Of a stretch of DNA of 64,000 nt, positions 11,169-23,520 are shown piece after piece (position 1 is the stretch's first letter; every line of letters begins with the position of its first letter). Below the pieces are notes generated by a model. That model saw only the letters and a program-made list of their open reading frames with translations, had not been told where the DNA came from and did no database searches. Source of the DNA: Amphiscolops sp. MND2022 (lineage: Eukaryota); contig OZ076414.1 of assembly GCA_964187785.1 (NCBI GenBank), positions 44,764,001-44,828,000 of the forward strand. The letters run 5' to 3'. Made by a program: the position numbers and the translations under genes.

Positions 11169-14100
11169 TCAGTATCTGTATGAGTCAGAGTAGTTTGGGT
11201 TGGGATTAGGTCGTAAGTTGTATTTTTCACCACGGGTATTTATGGGATCTTCTTCCAATGGGGTGTTTTGGGAATTTTCTGGGGTTTTCTGAATATCATC
11301 ATCAGTTGAAATATTTGCATCTCTTTGAATTTTTTGCCATCTTTTTGTCATCTTTCTTATTTAGTTGTTGGGGATTTTCATCAGCATGATTTTCCTGGTT
11401 TTGGTCTGGTACAGTGATCTGTTCCACTGGGCTCCCCCCCACTATTTTTTGAAGATTCAGGGGAGGGAGGGCGGCTATTTTCATGTAGTTGAATTGGAAT
11501 ATAATCAGTTTCTTCAGTATTTTGCAGGGAATCTGAAGGACTATCATCAAACGGATTTGAACCAAAGTTCGTGTTCCATGATTGGGCATATAGATCATCA
11601 TTTGCTATAGGCATCTGGTCATCTTTTTGCCAATCGGCTTCACGAACAAAAACATCGGCTAATGGGGCTTGCGGGGTGAATTTCCGCAAACGGATCCTGT
11701 GTAGCAGTTGCGTTTTATTCGTGCCAAGTCTCCGTACAATGTAATTATTGTTAGGGAGCACTTTTTCGACTTTATATGGTCCACCCCATCTGAATTCTCG
11801 AAATGGTATTTTCGTTGCTTGTGTATCAGCTTTTGGATTGAAAATGTAGCAGTAATCTGTTGTTTCAAGCGGAGCTGCTTTTGCTTTTCGGTCATAGTAG
11901 GCCTTGTATTTAAGGTAAGATTGCTTGATGTTCTTTTTGGTTTGGTCTAGAAGAGTCTTCATGCGTTTTTGAATTTCTTCTGCTACATCAGCTTGCGGGT
12001 GGTATTTTGGGTTGGGGTTATATCCAAGTTTATAATCGAGTATATTGTGTGGTATTCTACCATGGAAGACTCGTGAAGGTTCACAGCCGAGTGATGCATA
12101 TTATGTTGTGTTGTGATTAAGGACTGCCAAAGGGAGATATTTATGCCAGTTATTCCTGAATTCGCCTGTTGCGGCTTTGAGGTGTGTTTTGACTGAAGCA
12201 TGAGTTCTCTCAAGGAGTCCTATTGTTTGAGCATGTTTCATCGTTGCGTGTTTGAGTTCAATTCCGAGCACTGCTGCAACTTCAGGCGTTATTTGTGCAT
12301 TGAATTGAGTTCCTAGGTCAGTGATTATTGTTGTTGTGAGGTATGTGTGCTTGCATAGAATGTCCATGATAACCCTGGATACTGCCGTTGCATTACTTTT
12401 TGTGACTTGATAAGCAAATAGATATCTAGAGAAGACATCTATTGCTGTGATAATGTGATCATAGCCTCCACTGGGTGGAAGGTTAGGTAAAATGTCCATC
12501 TGTAGAATGTCTTCTGGGCCAAGATCCCATTCTGGACAATTCAGGAATTCTGTCCTGAGGAGATCATTGTTGATACGTTTTGTTTGGATACAAATTTGGC
12601 AGTTACTGACCCATTTCTTGATGTATTTTGCCATACATGGGTAGTAATATTTCTGTCTGGCTTCTTGTATCATTTTCGTGATACCTGGGTGGTTTGAATT
12701 ATGGCCATGGAGAGCTTGAAGGAATTCATCTAGAAGTTGAATCGGAAGAAGTATTTGGTAATGAGATATTGTTCCAGTATCTGTGTAATATTTTCTGGTG
12801 AGTACCTCTTGTTTGATTTCTATTCTTGTTATATTTTGTAGGTAGTGATGGTATCTGTAGTCTGATGCTAATTGATTTTCGTCGAAGGGGTCACCTTCAA
12901 TTTTGGCTCGTAAATTCCTGAGGACTATGTCGTTATTCTGCTCCAGACGTATTCTTGCATTGTCTCTGAAGTATCCGGATGATACTGCAATTGACCCTGA
13001 TGTGGGTTTGTGAAATTGTTGTAGCTCAGAGACGGTATTTTCTGGTTCATTGTGGGTTTCCGTTTGGGCTTGATTTCGGACGTTTTGCTTTTCTTCCCAG
13101 AGTTGATTTTCGTCTATTTCATCATCTGGGAGGATGTAGATTTGTTCTTCTTCAACAATGCCTGTTGATTGGATATTGACTTCGATTGCTTTCGTGTGGA
13201 TGTCATTACGAATGGTCATCTCTAGTTTTTCAGTTGGGTCGGCTTCTGTTCTAGAAAGGAAGTCGGCAGCTGTATTCATCGATCCAGCGACATGGGCGAT
13301 TACAAAATTATACTGCAAGACGTAATCGCAGGCATTCCAAAGTGCTGGAGGGATCATTTCTGTTTGAAAAAAGCGGGTCACTGAACGGTTGTCTGTAAAC
13401 ACGATTACTGGGAAGGTGCTTCCCCACATGAGGTGTCCAAATTCAACCAATGCAAAGTATTTGGAAAGGAATTCTTTTGCATAAATTGACATTTTTGTTT
13501 GAGTTGGGTTGAAGGTTTTTGAACCAAATGCTATGGGTGCATATGTTTTACGTCTCGATTGGAGTTTTTGGTTCGGGTCGTCTTCAGTCATGATTGCAAA
13601 TCCAGCTGCGGTGAAACTTGCGTCGGACATGACTATGAGTTGTTTGTTCTTCAGTGGTTGTTTGAGCGCTAATTGACAGGAATTTTCCAGGAGTTTGTTA
13701 AGGTTCGCGAAGTCTTCTATTAAGTTTGTTGGTACGTAGAATTTGGATGTTTCTTTGAGAAGTTTGAAGAACGGGGAAAACCGTTCGGAAAGGCGTGGTA
13801 TATATATTTTCGGTAATAGTTCAGGAATCCGATATACCTTTGTAGCGCCTTTTTTGATTTGGGAAATCGGAGTTTTTAGAGGAAATCTTTCACTTTATCG
13901 GCTTGAGGAGCTACTCCTGCGGGTGTGATGGTGCGACCTAGAAAGTCGACTTGTTTAACTCCGAAATGGCATTTGGACATTGAGAGTTTCAGTCCTGCAT
14001 TTCGGATACATTCGAAGACGGTTTTGATGTTTGCACACAATTGTTTTGTATCGTTTGCTGCTATGCCGATGTCATCGACATATTGGGCACATTGGTCAGC

Positions 14101-16065
14101 TTTAATTGCTCTGTCCAGGTATTCTCTCATGAAGCTAGAAAATGCAGAGAGTGATCTGCTGAGTCCCTGGGCGAGGCGACGATAAGCAAATGTTCTGCTT
14201 GCAAAGTTGAAGGCAAGCATCTGGATGGATTGGTAATCTGCCATTTGTAGGCAGTGGTAAGCCTGGGAGCAGTTTAGTTTGCAGAAGAGTCTTTTCCCTG
14301 CCATGTGTTGGGCTGCATCAGATAAAGTGCTTACCGGGTGGTTATTGTTGGTGTAATCTTCCGTGATGAGATTATTGATTTTTCTGAGGTCTACTAATAG
14401 TCTAAGGCGCCCATTCGGTTTGCGTTGTGCAAAAATTGGGCTTGCGTACTTAGAAAATGGTAGGGTTGTAATGATACCATATTTGTGCAGAAGTGCGAGT
14501 TCTACAGTGATATCATCTTTGAGGTTGATAGGAGTTGGCAGACTTTGGCTATAAGCTGGTCTGTCATCGTTTGGTGTAATCTTGACTTTGAACTCACGAT
14601 TAATGCCTATATCGAAACGATGTCTGGCAAAAATATCGTGAAACTCAACGAGGATCTCTTCAATTTCTTGTCGTTCGTCAGGGCTGAGTGTTGTGTCGGA
14701 CCAGTCAAAATTTGAGAGGAATGTTTTCCTGGCTGACTCATTATCATGTGGGTTCAGTTTTTCGAGTTCCTTTAATTCGAGAAGTTCGTCGTATATTCTC
14801 TGTTGAATTGGGGTATAACTAGCTGGGTCACCTGGTTCTTCAGGGGTTGGGAACCAGTATGATTCTTGGTCAGTGTTTGGTTGTGGGACTTTTAGTAGTT
14901 CGTTTATGTTTACTTCTGTTGGTTCTTCATATTTTATCATGAAGTCTAGCAACGCTGGGTCCACTGGTTGGATGTGTTTGATTTGTTCTGGTGTAAGTAT
15001 CTTGAAATCCGCTAAATGGGTGTCAAGGGAAATTGTATATGGTAGGTCAGAAAAATTGATGATTTGATATCCGATAGAATTGTTATTTACAGTGCTAAGT
15101 GATGCTGTGATAAAAATGCTATCATGGTTTTCAAATTGTTGCGATGGTGTTACAATTCCTGTCGCATTATGGTCCATCAGATGGGGCATTTTGCTTGCTA
15201 TGGCAAGTGTTTCTCCTGGTTGTAGGGTGTAGGTATTTTCGGCAAATAATGGTGTTGCTTGACGTATTGCTGTTTGGGTGTCAGGTTTAAGTTGCATTGA
15301 CAGGTAGGGAAAAGTTAAGATGCCTTGGTTGACATCAAAGATTGCATTATTTCTGCGGAGGAAACACAATCCTATTAGCGGGTTTGGTAGATTTTTCATG
15401 ATGATGAAGTTTTCTTTTAAAATGAAATCTGCCACTTCGAATTCTAATAATACTGTACCAATGGGGACTTCTAATTGTCCATTTGCTACCATAATTTGGA
15501 AGTTAGGTGGGGGACCAGTTTCTTTGATTGCTTCATTTGCTAGCAACTTGATTTTATTGAGGTCCTGTTCGGAGATTGCACTTGTAAGGGCTCCGGTATC
15601 GATAAGACCATCAAGTGTAAGATTTTCGAAGTCCATTGGAATGTAGTACATGTGGCGTTTTCGTTTCAATGTCAAAGAAGTTGAGATTGGGAGGTATGAC
15701 AAGTTTCGTTCCTTGTCAAATTGTATATGTTCAGTGAGATCTTCATTTAAAAGAGGTTGTTTTTTATCATTGCAAGAAGTTTTTATCGTTACGTGGTGTT
15801 TTGTTGTGTGTTGGATTTCTGAGTTTGATTCTGTTTCAGGGTTGTTCGTTTGTTGGAGAAAATAGTTGTCTGGAGCATTGTGTAGGAGTTCATATAAGTC
15901 GTCGGGTTGAGTTTCTAGTGTTGATTGTGGCGAATTTTGTGTCGTTAATTGAGTTTCGCAAACTGCTGTTTTTGCAGGTTTTGGGCTTAGCTGATGCTGC
16001 CAGTCATCTGCTAAGTTTTGTTTTTGTGGTGAGTTTGTATAAAGGCGTGGCGATTCTAGTTTAAA
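11169..16065 (-). pseudogene. pol: Element 1 pol: protease, RT, RNase H, integrase (several stops and frameshifts)
   Basis: Protease LIDTGA; RT LRLLVDLRKIN and YVDD; RNase H DASFTAAG; integrase HGHNSNHPG...CQIC and DILPNLP...D core. Stops at 13876 and 12101; frameshifts near 13800, 11430 and 11345. The tail ends KYNLRPNPNPNYSDSYRY* at 11169. Confidence 0.95.
16059..16065 (-). promoter_or_regulatory. -1 ribosomal frameshift heptamer TTTAAAC (gag to pol)
   Basis: The minus strand reads GGA-T TTA AAC TAG: an X XXY YYZ heptamer immediately before the gag stop. The -1 frame (GFKLESPR...) is the open pol frame of ORF 13876-16272. Confidence 0.8.
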
Positions 16066-17147
16066 TCCTTCGACGAGGATTGTTGGTGTCGTTCCAGTTT
16101 TGGTCTGATGGGTTTTTTGGCTTGTTTGTATTCTTCTATGACTTTCTTTTGTGCCTCGGTTAGGGTCCATTTGGTGGACGGTTTTCCATATTGGCACCGA
16201 AGTAACAGTTTTCTTCATCATGTCCGGGGGTTTTGCAATTGTGACATTTTTCAGCATCCGGGTCTTAATCAAGTTTACGCCGTTTTGCTATTTTGGGGCA
16301 GTCCGTCATCATGTGGCCTGTCTCTTTACAGTAACGGCATTGATCATTCTTGAGGGTTTTATCTGGTACTGTTTTTGGGGTTTGTTTTTTATCTTTGTCA
16401 TTTTGTTTTTTGTTGGGTTTTTCAGTGTTTTCTGCTTTTTTGGTAACGGTCATTTGGGTTTTGACAAGGGGTTCGTCTGCCTCAAGACCGTTAAGTTCCA
16501 TCTCTCGTTCAAGATGTTTAACTATTTGATCATACGTTCCATTCTCAAGGTAGGCCTGATTAATGGATTTTTTAAGGTGGGGAGGCATTTTTGCGTAGAG
16601 TAGGTTCTCAATCATTTGGTGGGCGTTCTCCCCAAACGCTTTCTCCCCACAGCACTTTCTTGAAGTTCTTCTAAAAAATCCAAAAGTTTCTGGTTCTCTG
16701 GGTCAAATGAGAGTCTGTGAAATCTGTGTTTTGCAGAAGCGCTAGACTCCGGTTTTACATATTTCCTTCGGAAGACTTTTAGTATGTCTTCTAAGGTTGT
16801 TGTTGGTGTTCTTTGTATGTTTTTAAATGTTTTGAGTGCCAAACCCCCAAGATGGGCGTGAAAATGGTTAATTTTCATGTCCTCTGTTAGGTTTGGTTGC
16901 ATTCGAAGTGTTGTATGAAACAAATCTTCGAAGTATTCAAATTTTTTGTTCTCATTTTTTCCATTGAAGGTGAGTGTATTCTTGGGATGAAATAGCGATT
17001 GTGGGGAGTTTTTGTTTGCCAATTTTTCTATGGCAAGTGCGATCTGGTTAACTGGGTCAAGTGGTTTTGCTGTCAAGATTGACATGTGGTCTGCGTGGGA
17101 TCCAGTTGTGTCATTTAATTTCTGGGAACTTTGTCTATGGAGTTGTC

Positions 17148-17165
17148 GGTTGGCTCCTGTCACCA
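17148..17165 (-). promoter_or_regulatory. Element 1 primer-binding site
   Basis: TGGTGACAGGAGCCAACC abuts the LTR end ...TATCACA. TGG is the complement of tRNA CCA. The primer tRNA is not identified. Confidence 0.8.
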
Positions 17166-18657
17166 TGTGATAATCCTCACCTAGGCTTTCTGCGTCAGAC
17201 TCTTCGTCTGAGTGTATAGTTACATCTACATCGGATTCACTTCGAAACAAAGGTTTTGCAGGATGTTTCAGGTCTCTCATTTTAGAAACCTTGGGAGGAA
17301 AATCTTCATTTTCAGAATCTGGATTCTCGATATTAGATGCGCGAACTCCTATAGACCCATCTACCCTGGATCCCGATTGCTGATTTTCGTGTATTTCATT
17401 TATGTCTGATCTTGGGTTTGTTGCTGTTGATGAGCTTTTGTTAGTTTTTATTTCCCTTAGAATTGCTTCTAATTTGTTATCCATTTCTTCTCGCATCTTT
17501 TCAATTCTGTCGTTGCTTTTTTGTTCCATTATTTGAGTCCAAACTTGTATCTCATTGCTAATTTGGCTGGGTTCGACCAAGTTGTTCTCAGAGTTATTTT
17601 CGCCTAAATTACTTTGAATAACTGTATCATTATTAGTTAAAGTCATATTACCTGATATTGGTGTCTCAGCCTGAGTTCTCTCTATTTCTCTCTCTGGGGA
17701 TGGAGTTTCTAGCCTTCTAGATCGTCTACTTCTTTTGTTTCCCATCCTTTCTCAATTGAAAATGAATTGCAGTTATTGGGGAAGAATTTGAATTGATCCT
17801 TTTATTTGGCAAAACCAAATTGGAAAGAGAAAATGATAGGAAAGATGAAAATTTACAGAAAAGGATTGTAGAATTTAAAGCGACTGCACTTGAGTAGAAT
17901 TGGAGAAGTTGTGTATCACCAAGTTATCCTAACTGTCTATAACAATCATGACATCCCTTTTTACAGGCATCACCCTTTGGGAAACGTATAAATAGAATTA
18001 CATCACAATAACATCAGTCTTTTTTTAGTACAAAGGCCCTGGAGGAATGACAATCAGATACAAATTGATAAGGTCTAGGAAACCCTAGAAGAAAGTATGG
18101 AATTACTTAAGAATGGTATTTGCATGACTAATCAACATTAAGATTCACTACATCATCAATTTGGAGTGCAACACTGCTAAAAACGCATGATGACTAGTAT
18201 ACATTATGCATCGAAACGTATATTACCGCATATAAGCACTTATGCGGAAATGACATAATTTGACGTATAAACACTTTCACTCGAAACGTATGTTGACGCA
18301 TGAACGTACTATCTTGAAATGTATGTTACCGCACAATGATCGAGACATAATATTTCCAAAAGAGATTGTGAATCACATATTACATAAATCTCAACTTCAT
18401 GACTCATCAACTTGATTAACGAACATGAAAAACTGAATCTCAATACAATCTAAGATGTATTAGGCCATCTAAAAGAACAAAATCAACAAAACTAACACAT
18501 TTACCCAAAATAACAAGTTTACATGACATCAATAAAACGGGTGAAAAACAAACATAACATGTCATAAAATCAGTTGTAAAACTTCAAGTTACTTCCAGTC
18601 CTCATTCACCTTTTGAGCGCTGCACTCCGGCTCCCATGCAGGTACTTGGCTGCAACA
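17166..18657 (-). repeat. Element 1 5' LTR (1492 bp)
   Basis: Matches 2791-4282. Followed on the minus strand directly by TGGTGACAGGAGCC and preceded by the TSD GCAAC. Confidence 0.97.
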
Positions 18658-20637
18658 GCAACTTTTACCGAAAACATGGTAGAGAGATCTGTTCTGGGTT
18701 TTGAGAAATTTGCCTCACAAGTTTGAAAAGTTGGCAGATGTCACGAAATCTGTGAAAGAAAAACAACACGCTCGCCCCGAACTGTTCTACAACTAAATAA
18801 AATTGAGGCTCAAGAATAGCCAATGTTTACAAAAACGCTAAGGAGTTCGAAAAAAAAGAAAACTTTGATACATCTTCGCCCATTTTTAGAAGAAACACCT
18901 ATTATAATAATTCTGCGATAGCTGGCCAGTTTTCGTTTTTTCGGCATTATGCGTCTAACCGAGTAAGAGAAATTTTTACCTTTTTTTCGAAACTTTTTGA
19001 TAAAAGTTTGTCGCAATTTTTAGTTTTTGAGGTTTTCTGTAAAGGAAAAAGGCTTCCCGAGTTTTGAGGGTGACCTCTTTGTTACTTTTGATCATATGGA
19101 ATTGATGATGTTTCCCATTGATTGTGGAAAATACCTCATGTCAGTTTTTTCGGGTCAATGCGTCTTTCCGAAATTTTTATTTGGTCGAAGTGTACCCCCT
19201 TGGTTTCATGGCTGATTTCGGCATGAGAAAGGTAGTTTGTGAGCTGAAACTTATTTCGTCATCATAGGACTCTACCTAAAAAAATAAAAAAACGGCTTTT
19301 TGTAATTCCTGTTGGGAAAAAGTGTTTTCCGTATCTCAGGCGTATTTCTTGGGGTATTTGTTGGCACTGAAAAAACGTCGTATGCTTGAAACTAGGTCGT
19401 TTGCAAGTTTAAGAATTTTGAGTGGTCCCAGTGTGTTATATTATTGCACATAGTTCCACCAGAAGTGTTAAAATCTGGAAACAATTTCGACATCTTGGGG
19501 ATCAATTCGCGGAACTTTTCTTACATGAATCTACTGAGGTCTTTTCACAAATTAGCCTACTGGACACCGAGTTTAGTCGTTGTTGAATGCGTAGACTATT
19601 CTAACACGCTCTACTGGCGCGAAACATTCTACTAGGAAGGCGTACTCCATATCTAGTGACTTTGCTTGGAGCTTATTGAATTTTAAATATTTGACGAATA
19701 ATGTCGAAGTTTACATTTTCAAAGAGCGTTCCGGAAAGTTGAGCGATTAAACTTGTCTGGTATCTTTTCGAAACACAATCGGTAGCTACCCTTTTCAACC
19801 CTGAGCCTATGGGTTTCCTTATTGAAGTATATTTTCAGGAAGGGTCCAAAATTGGCGCTATGTTGTCAAAAAATGAGAAAAGTCGGAAATTTCGACACCT
19901 TTAAGGTTAACTCGACGAACTTCTTCCTACCTTTTTTATAACTTGCACTTAGAATACTATATTGTTTCAACGCTCGGGTCAATGAAAGTTTTATTCTACA
20001 AAAAGTTTCCTGGTTTGAACAAAAATTGTAAATAATTTGTCTGAGGCCAATTCCAACAAAAAATAGAAAATAGCAATGATATTTTCAAAAATGCCTAAAG
20101 GATGCCAGGATTAGCCAATGTTGAGCCTTTAAAACCTTTTTTTGCAAGCAAGTAGCCTAAAAATGTACAAAAAGCGGCCTAAAAAGTGAAAAAATCAAAA
20201 TTCTCAGTTTTGCATTATTTGGGTCTTTTGGAGGAAACTCTCCGCCATTAAATCTTTATAATTTTCTTTTAAAAACATGCTGTGGATCTTTTTTAATCAT
20301 CTGGAGTTCTTTCAAGCATTTATCCAACCGATACATATCTCGAATAAAAATTCATTAAAAATATCCGATATTGGCAAAACTTTGACATTTTTGACTTTTT
20401 GCGGTCAATTTTGAGCCATTTTGCAACCAAAGTCTGCAAATATTTCTTTGAAAGCCGAGAGAGCTATAAGTTCAATTTTTGATGAACGTTTGCCATCATT
20501 CAGACTCCAAAACAATTCAAAAAGTAGGGATAGCTTGTGAAAAAACGAAGATGTTGAAGTTCTTTTGATTCAACGCTGTAACGTTATATTCAAAAAATGT
20601 ATTGCAAAGCTCGTTCTTTCGTTGTTGATTGTCATTA

Positions 20638-22174
20638 GAGTGCACAGGCAAGCCTTATTTGCTCAAAGCGCAACATAGTGCGTTCAATATCTCGGATTCC
20701 ACGACCATACCTTTAACCGTGCAAAATTGGCAAATTACGTCATTTGTCCCGGATTCCACGGATTTAGTCGTGGATTCCAGTAACAAATGCTTAGCTGTAC
20801 GAACTGTCGGAATGCAGCGGTGTCCCGGATTCCACAAAAACGTAAGTTTTGCGAAATGAACCAATCAGATTGCAGAAATCATAAACTTCCTGGATTCCAC
20901 GACTTTATGCTTGACGCGATACGCGGCATCTCTTCTTGAATTAAATTCAAGTGGAAGACTGAACAAACATAAAATTATGCACTACTTTTCGTATATTAAA
21001 TCAAAATGATTCAGACAATCACACCAATATCACACAAAATTTTGTATCTTTAAGTTTAGGACCAGTTTTGAACAAACTGCAAGATCATCACAGTCTGCCA
21101 TTATTTGATGACAGGCTTTCACTTTGGTACCAGTCATGAGTATCTCTATTCGTACTTTGGGATTTCTCGTGTCAATCAAAACAATTTCCTTCGATATAAA
21201 ATTGAATTAATTTAAGTTCTTCTGCCTTTCTAATAATGATCATGCAAAATGAATATTATATTACACAAATATTCGTATTTTTCAGTTTAGTACCAGTTTT
21301 GAAAAAAAATTACTCTCGATTGGAACCAAAATTAATCATGATTAATTTCACCTTTGAAATACTTTTTAGCCGAATTTCTTTGCTATGAGAAGTCAGAGGG
21401 ACGAAATATGTCCATAATATCTTTCGTGAGGACAAAAAAGAGGCCTTTTAGTATGATAAAATGAAAAAAGATATTGTGATATTTTGGTCCCAATCGTGAA
21501 TAAAAAAATTACTCACGATTGGGACCAAATTATTCTTGATTAGTTTCTTCTTTGAATTGCTTTTTTAGCCAAAATTCTTTGCTATTAGAAATCAGAGAGA
21601 CAAAATAAGTCCATAATGTCTTTCGAGCGAACCAAAGCCGGCCTCGAAAAATGCTAACCAATCGAAAATGTACCATTTCATCAAAATCTGCCAGTTTTCA
21701 ATTTTAGGCCAGATATATATAAATGTCAGAATATTCTAAAACGTCATTGAAAGTTGAGCAATTTTCCCATGACAAAATTAGGATTTATTAGATTTTAAAT
21801 TTTGACGTACTACCCTCTTTGGTAGTTGTTTTCTTACAGTTTAAGATATGTATGCGGCTTCCACGACACATGTATATTAATATGGTCCTACTTTCCACAG
21901 TCGCTTTCGTGGCCATTGAGCAATGTAATAGCGGTCTACGAATCGATGAAGAAATGATTTAAAATGGGTACTCAAAATCAGCGGACCAATCAGAGAGCAG
22001 CGGCAAAAGTGTCATAATAGCAGCAGTATTGGCGTGGAATCCAGGACAAGCACTGTCGTGGAATACAAGACACGCTTAACATCAAAGAGAAATTTTGTCC
22101 TGGATTCCACGACTTTTCTCAATTTTCGTGTCCCGGATTCCACGAAAAGCAGCGAAAAGCTTGCCCGTGCACTG
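20638..22174. mobile_element. Non-autonomous TIR DNA transposon (Tc1/mariner-like, TA TSD)
   Basis: TA|GAGTGCACAGGCAAGC at the left end and GCTTGCCCGTGCACTG|TA at the right end. Multiple subterminal GGATTCCACG motifs at both ends. No transposase ORF. Confidence 0.75.
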
Positions 22175-22559
22175 TAATGGTGTTGAGACCTATGACAAAA
22201 TAGCATCGAAAACAACAAAATCTTTTAATTTTTTGACAATTTCAAGATCAATTTGAATTAATTCTTTTAGAAATTGAATTTATCTCTTTACGAAAGCTCA
22301 CGGAAACAACAAATTTCCCATAGTCTAGGGGCTTCAACAGTTTAGTCCACGAAGTCTATCGATAGTTTGACACAAATTGAACGAAAATTGTGAAAACCGT
22401 AAATTTTTCGAATTTTTGTCTTTTTCGATGTCAATTCCATACAATTTTCATTTAAAAAATTGCGTTCAGCTCTTCACTAAGCATGCTGGACAACTAATTC
22501 ATTGGTTGTTGACCGTGTCCAATCTTTTAAATTCCAGAGTTTGTCATACATTTGTGAAA

Positions 22560-23520
22560 AAAATTGCAAAAAACTTTTAAGATTGAAAAAATATGGGTTT
22601 TTTGTCATTTTCGGTGCCTATTTGAGATAATTTTTGTTGAGAAAACTGCAATAAACTCTTCAGAAAGGCCGACTGACTAATATTGTTTCCTTGCTGACGT
22701 TTCTCAACATTCCAATCCACGAAGTCTGCCAAAAATCTGGCAAAAATTGCATAAAATCTTGGAAAACAGAACATTTTGAGTTTTTGTCAGTTTCGGTTTC
22801 AATTTGAGACATTTTTCATTTGAAACACAGCAATTATCTTTTCGGAAAAGTTTACTGGACAACCATTTCTTGCCATTTTGAAAGTTTTCAACATTCAAAT
22901 TCACAAAATCTGTCGAAAATTTGAAAAAAAAAAATGCATAAAAATTTAAAAATCGTTAGTTTTTTGTTTGTCCTTTTCGGTATCATTTTGAGATGTTTTT
23001 GGTTTAGAAACTGCAATAGTCTCTTCGGAAAAGTCTACTGGACTAATTCTCTTTCCCGGTTGTCTATTTTCAACATTCCACTCCACGAAGTCATTCGAAA
23101 ATTTGACAAAAATTGCATGAAAACTTTGAAATATGGAAAATTTTGGATTTTTGGTCATTTTCGGTGACAATTTCAGACCTTTTTCACTTAATAAACAGCA
23201 ATTATCTCTTCGGAAAAGGCCAATGAACCGAATTTGTGTCAATGTGAGCGTTTTCAATAATATTTTTACCACGAAGTCTATCGAAATATTTGACAAAAGT
23301 TGCATAAAAACTTTTTGTGTTTTTGTATTTTTGGTGTCAATTTGAAGAATTTTTCATTAGAAAAACAGCCATTATCTTTCAATAGAAGACTATTGAACAA
23401 CGGGTTGGTGCCTTGTTGAACGTTTTCAACATTGTAATTCACGAAATCTGTCGAAAAATTGCATTGAAACGAAAAAATAGGAAAATTTTGCAAATTTTCA
23501 CATTTTTGTGGTCATTTTTG
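22560..23520. repeat. Degenerate tandem array, ~183-bp unit, about 5 copies
   Basis: The motif TTTTGTCATTTTCGGTG...GAAAAACAGCAATTATCT...TTCAACATTC..ACGAAGTCT recurs near 22600, 22782, 22965, 23150 and 23325. Confidence 0.75.

Larger units (their letters stand above)
16056..17745 (-). pseudogene. gag: Element 1 gag (disrupted) with two CCHC zinc knuckles
   Basis: ORF 16612-17745, then a frameshift near 16640 into 16265-16615 (CRYCKETGHMMTDC). In-frame TAA at 16265-16267, then a second knuckle CHNCKTPGHDEENC and a 1-nt frameshift near 16170. The restored C-terminus is ...SSSKDLN* ending at 16056. Confidence 0.9.
2791..18657 (-). mobile_element. Element 1: full-length Ty3/gypsy-type LTR retrotransposon (15,867 bp) with accessory genes
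   Basis: Two 1492-bp direct repeats (2791-4282, 17166-18657), each TG...CA, flanked by the identical 5-mer GCAAC (2786-2790, 18658-18662). A TGG-starting PBS follows the right LTR on the minus strand. Internal domain order is gag-PR-RT-RH-IN. Confidence 0.97.

Noticed and set aside
11365-16603. Numerous 60-150-aa plus-strand ORFs over gag-pol (also 29338-35571 and 37302-43947)
   Set aside because: Antisense shadows of retroelement coding frames with no motifs or splice support.
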